DNA from: Anthoceros angustus
Lineage: Eukaryota; Plantae; Anthocerotophyta
DNA: 64,000 nt
Direction of reading: 5' to 3'
Assembly: GCA_010909165.1 (NCBI GenBank)
Contig: MU008173.1
Span: 682,001-746,000 of the forward strand
Below, piece after piece: positions 22,500-34,266 of the stretch. The notes beneath the pieces were generated by a model that saw only the letters and a program-made list of their open reading frames with translations, made no database searches and was not told the origin of the DNA. Numbering within the stretch: the stretch's first letter is position 1; each line of letters opens with the position of its first letter. Both the position numbers and the translations under genes were made by a program.

Positions 22500-23291
22500 A
22501 TAAGTCTGACTTGTTGTTTGGTCTTTTCCGGATATTACCCAGTTCCTTTTTCGAGGCTTAAACCTGGCGGCCAAGACTTTGTCTCCTTTCGATTTGGTGC
22601 CTCCTCCTGCAATCAGGCTGCTATGTTCCTCCTCGAACAGTGCCCCAATGATCTCTTCAACCTTCAGTGTTGAAGCAGATCCAGTGGCAGCTGCTTGATG
22701 CGCAAGACGGATGGGACCATTCTGGCTGTTGACAAAACTTTGATAGGATGGTGGAAGCGAAGTGAGCAGCTGAGCAGCAACATCAACTTCTTCCATTGTT
22801 GTGCCAAGTGCAGTGAGTTGGGCTCGCAGCTGACGGAACTTGGTGACATGAGATGCCACCTTGTCTCCCTGACGCATGCGCAGGCCATATTATTCCTGAC
22901 GTGCAGCACACAAGGTAAGGACGTTCTTGACCCCGTAAGTTAGATCAAGTTGTTCCCAAACTTCTGAGGCTTTCGTGAGGTACTCTACGTCTGGTACAAG
23001 CACCTCGTCTAAGCCTGCTATCAATAAAGCTAGTGCAATGGCATTTGACTCATCCCACTTTTCTACATCTGCAGGTGAAGGTGCAGGATTTGCATTGGGA
23101 TCGGGCTTCTTGTATGTGCCATCTACAACCTTCCAGACCCTCCTGGCTATCAACACCAACTTCATACGGACCTTCCATACAGAGTATTTGGTACCATTAA
23201 ATCTATCCTTTTCTTTCAGGTCTGAAGTAAATGTGGGATTAGATTGAGGTGGATTGCTAGCCATGACAGGGATCACTGAATTGCTGTTCAA
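22500..23291 (-). mobile_element. Truncated Ty1/Copia gag (UBN2-type) fragment related to the element at 34074
   Basis: NPTFTSDLKEKDRFNGTKYSVWKVRMK...WEQLDLTYGVKNVLTLCA...GDKVASHVTKFRQLRAQLTALGT.M.EVDV.AQLLTSLPPSYQSFV is highly similar to the gag at 35437. It is frameshifted near 22890, and no pol follows. Confidence 0.85.
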
Positions 23292-23859
23292 TGTCTAATG
23301 AAATCTTCTTGCCATACGGCAGACTCGATATGGCTTGACTGCCCTACTGCAGGTCGATTTCTTGAACAACCGCACCAAGCTTTGGCGGGACAAATTTGAC
23401 GAAGCCGTATGAACTCTTAAACCCCAAAGCTTTGAAGGTAATTTTCTCATGCCATTCCACCTTTCAAGCGTATGAGCCCCGCTTCAGTTCGAGAAATTGT
23501 TGATTGCTTCGCGTTGATCTGTGAAACGCCGTCAACAGGTGGCACTGGATCCAACACGATTCACAGGCGTGGAGTCGGTGGCGGGCATACACATCAGTAG
23601 GTCGTCCAATACCCTAAGAAAATTAATGTTGGCTCGCTCTGGAGGAAGGCCACGTCTAGGAAGGCCACGTCATTATCCGTAGGCGAAGGGGCGGACGGAA
23701 AACTGACGGGTTGGACTCGGTTGTGAGACTACAGCGGGACGCTACTACCCTCGACGGTTTCGCGTGATCTCGAACCCGGACCTGGCTTGGACCCGCTATC
23801 GGTCCACGACGTATGGACCCGCTACCCGCTCCACGGTTTGCTGGCTGTCACTGTGAACA

Positions 23860-25020
23860 AGTGGAATTCTGGGTGATCGACGATGGCAGCAAGTACAAGG
23901 TGCAGTACCGGGGCTCCGAGAAAGACAGCTGTTTGAGGTGAGTTATGTGCTGGCCATGACAGCGCCATGCTTGCACAGCAACAGCACAACACCGCATTTT
24001 CACTGCCTCCTCTGGTGCATGCTCAGGCGAGAGTGTACATCTTGATGGTTGTTTCATGTCAGCACCACGACGGGTGTAGGGTAAGGACATACGAAGCTGA
24101 ATGGCGAGTGGAAGGAGAATATGTGCCGTGCCAGTGGCACTTTCAAGACGGCTAACTTCCATTGCTATCATTGTCTGGTCCTCTCCTTTCCTCTCCCTGA
24201 AGTGCGTAATAGCAAGTCCCTGTGTTCCTTCGTCCTCCCCCCCCACCCCCCCAATGGAGGTTGACATGCAGAATCACCCTCTTTCTTTGGCTTCCTCCTT
24301 CTGGCTCCCTGTGATTGGTGGGTGCTGGAACCTTTCTCTTTCTTGTTCCTTCTTCGTTCTGCATCCTTGTGGTTAGATGTTGGTAATCCTTATTTTTTGG
24401 GGCTTCTTCCTCCTCTGATTGGAGGTGATGGAATTTTTGGATGGAGGTGAGGGAATTTCGGATGCCTCTTCCTTCGGCCTTCTCGTCCAATGTGTTTGGA
24501 GGATAGGACTGGACCTCCAATGAACGTTATGTGATCTTGCCCTTGTTGAAGCTTGTAGTGAAGACATTGTCCTTATTCCTTATTCCTTCTTCCTCCCATT
24601 GGTTGGACTTTAATTGTAGGACACCTCCTCCTTTTTCCCTCTCCTGTCACTTGAGCTTGGACTTCTCCTTAGCTTACGTGGATGATTACGGAACTTTACC
24701 TTGTTCATTCTCCTTGACCCGGGATGCGTGGAGTGAGGTGAAATTGCTCCTTCCTGCTTCCATGTGTCTGATTGAGGAGAAGGGAATGCGCTGGTGACAG
24801 CAAATGGCAATGTGTACAAGGGCAACTTTTGCGAGGGCGTTAAGGAGGGCCCGGAGGTTTACTACATAGCGAACCTCACAGCCAAGTACGAGGGAGTATG
24901 GAAGGGCAACATGCTCAAATGCGGCTTCTACGTGAAGCCCAAGAAGACTGTGGACAACGTGTTGCCCGTAGCGGAGGTGGCGCGTCACACCTTTCTGACG
25001 CAGGATATGATGAACGGGGT
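23860..25020 (+). pseudogene. MORN-repeat (MORN3-like) gene relic interrupted by ~600 bp of unrelated sequence (~24170-24775)
   Basis: GEGNALVTANGNVYKGNFCEGVKEGP.VYY...AKYEGVWKGNMLKCG...LPV.EV resembles the last MORN repeats and KCG tail of MORN3. Upstream degenerate pieces are WVIDDGSKYKVQY and DGCRVRTYEAEWR followed by a stop. Confidence 0.55.
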
Positions 25021-25974
25021 TTTGCAGACAACCTGGCTTACGTCAGCGAGAGCCCATCAATCATGGTGTCTCACAGTTTTGCAGCACATCACCTTTACTG
25101 ACCTTTTGGCCCGCTATATGGCCATCCATGTTCGGAAATTTGGTGTCGGCTCCTCTCACAGGTTCCAGCACCATCTTGGTGATCGCCGGGCTCACATTCG
25201 TCTGGCAGGGCATCCACCTGCCCTGCCTACCCTCCAAGTGAGGCACGCATGTCACTCCTACTTCCACCTACACCCAGCTGCCTTACCAAAGGCTGCTTCC
25301 AATTTATGGACGCGTCAAAGTCTCCTGTACCTGAGTAGAAGCAATGCAGCAACCATCAATTCTATAAGTTGAGTCCCTCTCAGCTCCTGGATGGGCCGTC
25401 CAGAGAGACGGACGCAAACTTTGTGACCTTGATTTAACAAGACGGCCATATAGGGGATCAGACACAGCGTCATTCTATTGGCTGGGGCAAGCCAGAATCT
25501 AAGCTCGCTCAGTGAGGAAGTTGGATTGAAGGACACAAGGGACTGGAATCAGACTCTCATTTCCCCGAGGTGATAAACCTTATCCGTTAGGGTACCGAGT
25601 GAACATGTTGTGCACCCCAGCAGCCACACCCTTTGTAAGCTCACCGCATCTATCTACCAATAGAACGTCTAAAAGCAAAACTTGCTAGGGCCCAGCCCGT
25701 CTGCCTGTCTGTCAATCTATTTATTTGAACGTGGTCACAATGACGCGCGTGTCGCTTCCCACTCGACCTAGCTTCCGCTGCATGATCCATGCGCTGAGGC
25801 TAGCTTCAGGCCTTGTTACCTCCCGCAGCCTGAATTCAGGATTGCAGCTCTCCGACGCACTATGGGGCAATGGCCATCCATAGAAAAATTGCAGCCATGT
25901 CAAGTAAATGCTCGCAAGGCAGGAGATGAGGCTGACTCTTGGAATGTCACCGGGCATAAGGAACTTAGGTCTGT

Positions 25975-27172
25975 TCACGGCTTGATCACAAACAATGGCT
26001 GCACAATCGAGTAAGTGTGATGAAGGCGTGTGGTAAGTACGACAGAAGCAGGCACCAACGAGGAAAGGCAGATCGTCTAGTTGCAAAAAAAGCTTACAGA
26101 TTCGATGGACACAGGCTTCCCGTCTTCAGCAACGATTTCGAGAAGAGTACCAGATTGATCAGCCTAAAGTGAGAAGAGAAAGGCAACGCCAGGGTTTAGA
26201 CTTTCGAAAGGTTTTAGCCGCATGCATTCCAAAAACCTAGGACTAGGTAGAGACGACAGGTAAGAACCTCAATCTCGTTCATCAGCTTCATGGCCTCCAC
26301 AATGCAGATGACTTGTCCTTTCTGGATCTTGTCTCCGATCTGGAACAAGCACAGCAGCACTCAGTACCTAGACGGAGGAGGCGGAGTGACAAATCACAAA
26401 TGTTCAGTGCACTAACCTTGACAAACGCCGGCTCACCGGGCCCGGGGCTCCGGTAGAAAGTGCCTGCCATGGGGGACAGCATCGCCGGCAGCGAGGGAGA
26501 AGGAGGGTTGGGAGCGGGAGCCTCGGCAGGGGCAGCCTTCACAATTTGCTCCACAGGCTTGGAGACCTCGGCCGCGGGCGGGGGCGGGGGCGGGGGGGGC
26601 CCGTAAGGATACGGAGTGTGTCCCATAATGTGAGGCCCGGGAAACGACGCCTGCACTTGCGACACCGGCGCCGGGGGAGGAGGGAGAGCCTCCTTCTTCC
26701 GTACCAGCAATTCATAATCAAGATGCTTCAGCTCCAGCTCCACGATGTCCCTGGAATCCACAAGCCTGCATGCACACGCCATTCGCATGTGAGCAGGCAC
26801 CGGAAATTCCACACCACTCTACACAATGTGCCCTCACACAACAGATCCTGTTCCTCACTTGATCAAGTTGGCCACATCCGACAGAAAGGCAGACGCAGCT
26901 GTCTCCGGCGCAGCTTCGGCATGCGGAGCTGGAGGAGCAGGAAGCGGAGCCTCCGTCTTGAGCAGCTCCTCCTCCCCAGGAATGACCTTCGCCTTCGCGT
27001 CAGTAGCCCCCCCATCCGAATTTGAGCAGCGCACAGCGCCCCGCTGCTGCTGCGTCCTCGAGCCCGCAACCATGGACTGGCTCACTCCTCCAATTCTAGG
27101 CAAGGCGAGCTGTGCTGAAGGCCATTGCGCCGTGCGCAGCTGCAGCGCTGTGCCGGCGGCTGAGGTAGCCAT
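25975..27172 (-). CDS. BCCP: Plastid biotin carboxyl carrier protein of acetyl-CoA carboxylase; exons 27172-26859, 26765-26417, 26339-26268, 26163-26098, 25998-25975
   Basis: Transit peptide, LVDSRDIVELELK, a Pro-rich linker, SPMAGTFYRSPGPGEPAFVK|IGDKIQKGQVICIVEAMKLMNEIE|ADQSGTLLEIVAEDGKPVSIES|PLFVIKP*. The EAMKLM biotinylation motif is present and all introns are GT-AG. Confidence 0.95.
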
Positions 27173-27790
27173 GGCGACGCGGGAGCGGAAACGGGAGGCG
27201 GCGGAGGGGAAATGATCTCCCTCAGCGGAGAAAATCCTCTTGCACAGCGGAGGAAATGCTCTCGCCCAGCGCAGGAAACACTCCCGCGGCCTGGTATGAA
27301 GAGGTGACGGGCCGAATTTGTCCTATCCCCGAACGGAAATAGCGATGCACACAAACCTAAGCTGCAAGAATGGAATGTTGGAATGTTAACCACGAGCCGG
27401 GGACGGACAAATCAACACCCGGCCGCTCCCAACCCCCCCGTACGATCTCCTCACACGACAAACAATTGGGGATTGGAGTTTCCACCCGGAATTCTTTCAT
27501 TTTCTCTTATTTCCACACGCTTATCACACGTTCATCCATCTTCACAATTTTTAGAATATGAAAGAAACACTTCCATGATAATAACCACCCTTAACCCATC
27601 TTCAAAGACAGGCATTCACACATTTCTTCCTTTCCCCTCGTGTCTTCATTATGATTATGAGACTTTCACTTACTTCAATAAAGATAATTTACACAACTTC
27701 CAAGATGTGTTCGTTCCAATATCACACTTTCACTCACTTTAATATGGATAGTGTCTAACGAGGATCCTAAAACCCTTGAAGCACCACGAA

Positions 27791-27913
27791 CCAGCCTTCT
27801 TTCTCCTTCCTCCTAGCACCTCCTCTGCTTGCCAGCCTTCTTTCTCCTTCCTCCTAGCACCTCCTCTGCTTGCCAGCCTTCTTTCTCCTTCCTCCTAGCA
27901 CCTCCTCTGCTTG
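27791..27913. repeat. Three perfect tandem copies of a 41-bp pyrimidine-rich unit
   Basis: ccagccttctttctccttcctcctagcacctcctctgcttg at 27791, 27832 and 27873. Confidence 0.95.
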
Positions 27914-28900
27914 CGCCATGCCCTTTAGCTGATTGGGTGTGTTAGGAAGCTCAAACGACAGTCATGGTAGTCATATCTTGAGTGCATACATGGAAAATGC
28001 TGATCAAACAAGGAAATCGAGGAAGTGGACTCTCAAAATGAAATTAACCATCCTCTTCGCTGGCTTCTCCAATATTCTGCGAAAACATGCTAACATTACT
28101 AATTGCACTCGTTTTATCCAAAAGATAGATCAAACACCCGACAACATATCACATGAAAGTTGTAACAGGCCGTGCGTCTTCCTGATGTAGAATCTCTTCA
28201 ATAGTGTGCGTCTTCCTTATGTAGAATCTCTTCAAAAGCTAATGAACAAAGCGCTCTTGATGGATATCAATGGCATCGCTCACTAGGTCGAAATGAAAAT
28301 GTACGCCCTAAGAGAATCTCATTTGTCGCCCAGCAAGAAACTCAATTGTCCAAGATCTGCCGAATCTAAAATCTAGATAGCAAAATCGTCTGAATCCTCG
28401 ACATAGATGTTGGTGAAGTGTAGAGTAGAAAATTATCATCAACATAAATAGTTTGTACTATGAAATCGTTCTGGGTCCATAGAATGTAAACACTACTATA
28501 ATTTTGCCAAAAACCACTAGGTACTATGCGCATCTCCAGAAACAAAATCTAATTGAATGAAGAACTTGTTTAAGGTTTTGTTACTGGCTCTTAACGAGTG
28601 CTTAGGCTCGTACAATGTTTTGATAGCTTATACACTTTGCGTATGTTGATCACCAACCCTTTGGATTGTGCCATGTATATCTCTTCATCTAATGAGCCAT
28701 TCAAGAGGGCTATTTTAACCCCAAAATGCCCAACCCAATAATATTGAGTCTTTGGACGAATGTTCTTCGATGTTGTGCATAATATTTGTATAACATTAAT
28801 TCAATGTTAAGGTTGCCTTTTGTGGAGAATTTTGCCCTCGGCATATATTATAAAAACATTTAAAACTTTTCCATTATATCTAGTCCAAACATGAAAAAAA

Positions 28901-29035
28901 TCTATTAAAGGAACTCACTAACCCACAAGAAACATGAATCATTACTACGTCGATACTAGTCCGAAAGAATCTATTAAAGAAACTCACTATCTCGCAAGAA
29001 ACATGACTCATTACTATGTGGATACTAATCCGTCA
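28901..29035. repeat. Two diverged ~69-bp tandem copies in the AT-rich block
   Basis: tctattaaag(g/a)aactcacta...caagaaacatga(a/c)tcattacta(c/t)gt(c/g)gatacta(g/a)tccg, repeated. Confidence 0.8.
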
Positions 29036-30429
29036 GTTTAAATTGTTTTGGAAAGACCTTTTCTTAGATTATGTGCTTTATTTTTTCAAAGAAAAATAAG
29101 TTTTTTTTTCTAGATGCTAAATTTATGCCTAGTAAGAGCTTGGACAAGCAACCTTCTTGCAAGAGCTGCTGCCCATCGAGCTTGGGGATCTGCCACCCAC
29201 CGAGCTTGGGCATTTGCCGTCAACTTAAACTGTCCGGGCTAGAGATAATATTTGAAGCGGTTTAATGGTTTGATAATGGTCTGAGCCTGGTTTGATTAGG
29301 CTTGTGGGTCTTATCTTTGCATGAAATACTCCAAGTTTACTTTATTAGTATTGTTAATTATACATATTTAATAATTTAGAATTAATTTTGACATTTGCAA
29401 AAGATCATCAATCTACGGTGACTAGCATACCCATGCCGAAACCGAGGAACTCAATCATAGACCAAATCGCGTGCCAGAATTATGTACACATAATTACATC
29501 GGATCAAATCTTTATTCTTATAAAATTTCATGAAAGAAATATATACTATGTATGATATTTATTATTTATACCTGAAAAATGCGGACTATAGCCATGTTTC
29601 TTTTTGTTGAATAGTCCATTGTTGTTGTCATCATCTTTCTTTCCTCGTGCAGTTTTTTTTATGTAGCCTCCAATTCAATTCAATAAAAGTGGTCTCACGT
29701 ACACAACTCCCCAAATCGAGTCAAGCATGCCTTAACTCATGGACGATACCACACCCAAGGGGGAGTGAAGCGTGCCCTAACTTAAGGACGACACCAGAGG
29801 TCACATCCATTACATTTTCCTACTTGGTAATCGACACCGTAGAGCACAACCATCAACCTTCATATAAGAAGAACGAGGAACAAGTTAGTATTATTTAGGG
29901 CCGGTACATCTTGTGTAGTGGTATGAGTTGCTGGATGGCCATTAATTGAACACGTGTACCAAACATGCTATGATATAATAGAGCATAAAACCTAATATAT
30001 TATAGTTTTATATTATAGTGGGTCCTATGTGCATTGTACATTATCCTATGTATTATGTTATAATGTAGAAGCTTTCTATGTTATTATAGTGGATTATAGT
30101 AGGTTTTATATTTAACATTGATATACATACTAGTTTCTATGCTTGATCTACCAACTTACCACTATATATATAAATACATAGTCACTCTCGTACTACATGA
30201 ATTGGTTATATCCTCATTTCATATTGTGAAGCATCTATGCTTAATCTACCAACTTACCACTATTTACATGTAAACATCAATCAAGTATATATCAGTGGAA
30301 GTATGGCAATTTAAAAGGATAAAAAATATATTTTTATACATCAATAAAACATAAAATAATGACAATAAGATAATTTAAAAGGATCAATAAAATCCGTTAC
30401 TTCAGATATTTGACATTTGTACCATTTAC

Positions 30430-31659
30430 ATGATCATGGTGAGCAGAAACATCGTCAACAACCAACACGAGGAGGAGGAGCAGGGGGCAAAGCCGAGGAG
30501 ACAATGGGTGAAGATGAGTGCAATGAAAAATATGGATTCGAAGGAATTAGATGACCATGCGAGTGATGGGAGGGAGGATAATCATGGGAGAAATTGGAAG
30601 AGGAAGAGAGAAAGTGAGAAATGGCAAGACAAAAGGCAAAGTAGATTGAAGCAAGGGGTTGGGGATGACCTAACAAAGAGGGGGAAGGTTGGATCAAGGA
30701 TCAAAGTTAGGAAGAAAGAATTATATGATCATGCGAGTGATGGGAGGGAGGATGAGAAAGAATTAGATGATCATGCGAGTGATGAGAGGGAGGATGATTA
30801 TGAGAATAATCTGAAGAGCAAGGGAGAGAGAGGGAAATGGCAAGACAAAGGGCGCCGTAGAACAAAGCAAGAAGTTGGAAATAACTCGGCGAAGATGGGG
30901 AAGGTTGAATCGAAGATGGGGAAGGTTGAATCGAGAAATCGTGTGATGGAGGAAATGTGGAACTGCTTAGCAAGCACGAACTCCAAGCATGATGAGCAAG
31001 GATATGGAATGAGAGGCGATGATGATGATCATGACGATGATGACACTGGGCTTGATAAGGGTAATTATGATGGTAGTGATAGAGAAGAGTTTAATGCAGG
31101 CGTAGATGGGAATGCTACAAACGGACAAGAGGATCAAGAAGAAGAGTTTAAAAACTATTTCAAGAAGAAAAAGAAGAAGAAGAAGATGAGTCCTGTGGAC
31201 AGAAAACTGCGTGTTGTGGAGTTCATAACCAAGCTTAAGATGGCTGTTAAAAAGGATGAAGATTGTAACCGCAACTCGAAACCAGCCATTAACAAAGTAA
31301 TGATGCTGCAAGACTTAGTTCGCATGCTTGGAGACCGTTACCTTCTACAGGACTTCGTGCGAGAGGGAGTTCTTAAGGTGCTGCGGATGTGGCTTGAACC
31401 TTTGCCTGATGGATCCTTGCCGAACATAACCATCACAGAGACACTTTTGAAGCTACTCATCGATGTTCCCATTGACATGGCAATCAATGAGAACAAAGAA
31501 CAGTTGAAGGAGAGTGGTTTGGGCAAGGCGGTTATGTTTTTGTCAAAAGTATCAACCGAGTCTAAAGCAACCACAAAGCTAGCAGAACAATTGGTTCAAA
31601 AATGGAGCCGATCAATTTTCCAAATCAATATCAATTATCAATTGCAACAAAAAGACTAG
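30430..31659 (+). CDS. Intronless IWS1/Spn1-like protein (TFIIS N-terminal domain), 409 aa
   Basis: C-terminal half KPAINKVMML...GVLKVLRMWLEPLPDGSLPNITI...LLKLL...EQLKESGLGKAVMFLSK...LAEQLVQKWSRSIF is the IWS1 domain signature. The N-terminal half is charged, low-complexity sequence with tandem KELDDHASDGRED repeats. Confidence 0.8.
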   Translation: MIMVSRNIVNNQHEEEEQGAKPRRQWVKMSAMKNMDSKELDDHASDGREDNHGRNWKRKRESEKWQDKRQSRLKQGVGDDLTKRGKVGSRIKVRKKELYDHASDGREDEKELDDHASDEREDDYENNLKSKGERGKWQDKGRRRTKQEVGNNSAKMGKVESKMGKVESRNRVMEEMWNCLASTNSKHDEQGYGMRGDDDDHDDDDTGLDKGNYDGSDREEFNAGVDGNATNGQEDQEEEFKNYFKKKKKKKKMSPVDRKLRVVEFITKLKMAVKKDEDCNRNSKPAINKVMMLQDLVRMLGDRYLLQDFVREGVLKVLRMWLEPLPDGSLPNITITETLLKLLIDVPIDMAINENKEQLKESGLGKAVMFLSKVSTESKATTKLAEQLVQKWSRSIFQININYQLQQKD

Positions 31660-31969
31660 GAAGATAAGAGAATAAATAAAAAGATAGTATAGATATTCAT
31701 AAACATATCTTTATGTAGTATACAGAGATGAGATGATCTAATCTATAGAGAGCACTTTGGAAGAATTTCTTTTGAAGGGCATCTTGAGGTGGAGAACTAG
31801 ATAATGCAGTTCAAACATAGCACTACAATTCAAACATATTTAAGTCAATATATGTATAAGTACTAATATGTTAGATATAAAAGCGTCCATTTGATTTTCA
31901 TTTTATTATAAGAGATTAGCTTTATATAATATGTGGTACCGCTACTAAACAACGTATGACTGCCCTGAT

Positions 31970-32225
31970 ACAAAAACTTGACTTGCCATGATTATCTATA
32001 ATATTTTGATTATCTATTTTATTTATTTATTTATTTATTTATTATATCTACAAATGTTTGATGCATTTTCTCCTTATCCCTTGCTTATAAAAACTTGACT
32101 TGCCATGATTATCTATGATCTCTTGATCATCTATTCTCTTGAACATCTATTCTATTTGTTTATTGATTGATTATATATGTAGATGTTTGATATCTTTTCT
32201 CCTCATCCCTTGCTTACATGATTTG
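31970..32225. repeat. AT-rich local duplications
   Basis: aaaaacttgacttgccatgattatctat occurs twice (~31972 and ~32089). gat(g)cattttctc(c)ttatcccttgctta occurs about three times. Confidence 0.7.
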
Positions 32226-32639
32226 ATGCATTTTCTCTTCATCTCTTGCTTATATGAGAGTTTAAAATCGGAACGCCAAGAGTTGGAAACAGATCAGGAA
32301 TACTAGAGACCTCTTTAGATGAGGAACTTGATCAACCACCCTCCTTGAAGAACTCGCTTATCCACCGTCTAATTCCCTTGCTGATTGAATTTCATGTTTT
32401 TCCAATGAGAACCACCTCTCTCACCTAAAGTGGCTGATAAAGTGATGGAAGACAGAGAGCAAGTAGGTCAAAGAGCCAACACTCCATACGTTGAACGCAA
32501 AGGACAAAAGATGACGACAAAATTGGATTATAAGGAGAGAAGCTAAACCACAGGGCTACAATCCGACAAACAAAAGTTCATATGCCTCCGTTCATCCACA
32601 TGATTTAAGAAGACCAACCCTTAGATTATCAAACAACAG

Positions 32640-34073
32640 TCAACAAGGCCAACATCTATCTGGACAATCTTGCAATACAGCCAACCCTTCTATAAACCAT
32701 AAAATTAAATAAATATTTGAAGAGAACGTGAAGACTTTATAAATATGCAGAGATAAAGAACTCCCATCTACATCGGGGCAATGAGGAACAACCCTCCAGA
32801 GGGCTCCAAGCCAAGGGGGACCAGACCCCTGAACGTCTACTCTAAAGCTACCTACCACTCCTAAGATGTCATAGTCTGGAATAAGGAAGGGCCTACTAAC
32901 TACCGAAGCTGAAGATGCTATGTTCCCCATGTTCGAAGCTGTCCTAAAAATCGCATTTGCCAACGCCCTTTACAGAGCAATGGATACTCGTTGCCGGAAG
33001 AAAGCCACTACACAAGAAAGAGGGAGATCTACCCCGTTCTTGCGGATGTAGTATGCTTTAGCACAAGCCTTGATGAACCTCGAAAAGTTCTTGCCCATGG
33101 CCTTGTGAGTCTCAATCGTAAGGGGAATGAAAGCATGGCCTTCCTACGTGGGGGTGTACTTGTGAACTTTGGTTGTACCGCATCCCTTCGCCGCCCAACC
33201 TGGAGGGTTGATGATGATGTGCTCGCAGACGGTATCCCAAGTAGAGTCTGTTACAACCACATTTGCAATAGAGACCTAGTCCCCCCGGGTAAGAAATAGG
33301 TAAGCTTTGAGAGAAACGCCGTTAGACAAAGTATATTGGCGCTACCTAAAAGGAAAGAATCTACTCTCCTTGGCATTGGAGAACAAGACGTTTGGGACTG
33401 CATCAAGTGTAGCAACGCGCTGCCCACCTATTGGACAGTGCGCTAAGTGGGTCCCAGATTCGTCAAGAGGGGCGCCACAGCTGCAAGTCGCTAGAGGTTG
33501 GACCAAGCTCAGGCAGAACCTCATCATAGTAGGAAAAGAAGCCGATGCGAATTGGAAGGCCTGGATACAAGGTCGGATCAGAAGCCAGGAACCTGCTCCC
33601 TTTCCTGAATAAGGGCCGGCGGAGACGAGCTCAAGTGGGTTGAGAAATGGAAAAATCCAAAAGAAGGGCCTGCTGCACCTGCCTATACTGCTCCTCTTAG
33701 AGAGAGACATAAAGCCCATGGAAACCATCTGCAGGGAACAAGGAAAAAGGGGGCATAACCTCCTTAGCCTGACAGGATAAAAGGCCCCTAGCCGACCTTA
33801 AGGGCTCCTATAGGGGAAAAACCCCCTCATAATCTCGACAAGAGATGAATCCTCAAATACGTAGGAATCGAGAGGCCAAGGTAAGGGCGAAGAGGGCCTA
33901 GCTTCCAAGAAAGGCCGCCGGCGCAGAGACCTCCGTGGCCAATAGACCTGTACCACCAAACGCGACAGGTAGGGATGCTTGCCACCATGCCAGATCCATA
34001 GCAGTACACTCAAAGGTACTTGGGCCGATGATGTCACCCAACGTCTACATACCTGGTTGTCAAAGTCCCTCAG
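32640..34073 (-). mobile_element. 3' part of a degenerate non-LTR retrotransposon with restriction-like endonuclease (CRE-like)
   Basis: Minus-strand translation gives a CCHC knuckle (CSCGAPLDESGTHLAHCPIGGQRV), then KAYLFLTRGD*VSIANVVVTD (decayed PD..D RLE motif), AAKGCGTTKVHKY...FIPLTIETH...FFRQRVSIAL*RALANAI. Multiple stops are present. Confidence 0.7.
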
Positions 34074-34266
34074 TGTTGAGGGGTAACCTCACTCGCTTAG
34101 GTTTATTTACCCTAGGTTAGTTATGTATGGGTTATTTAGTGAAGGGGTGCGTAGACTAGTGAATGGGCTTATATCCATTTACACAACTCTTTTGTATTCA
34201 TTCTCTCTTATGCATAATATACGATTGTTCTTCATGCTCTCTTCTCCTGCTCTACCATCCTCGATA
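34074..34266 (+). repeat. 5' LTR of Copia element 1 (TG...TA)
   Basis: Identical by eye to 40529-40721 and directly followed by a tRNA-iMet-type PBS. Confidence 0.95.

Noticed and set aside
22172-22500. Protein-like text (YLFVLERLQGEHDRLL...; LKATFVEVQK...) fused to the PPR relic
   Set aside because: I could not assign it to any family from the sequence alone, so it is left unannotated.
26575-26600. Strong G-run (possible G-quadruplex)
   Set aside because: Fully explained by the poly-proline codons of BCCP on the minus strand.
27791-27913. CRISPR-like array
   Set aside because: The repeats are contiguous with no unique spacers, there are no cas genes, and the context is eukaryotic.
29421-29530. 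Helitron termini (minus-strand hairpin+CTAG; plus-strand TC-start at 29509)
   Set aside because: The hairpin is too degenerate and no matching opposite end was found. It is kept only as a hint in the IWS1 finding, not as a feature.
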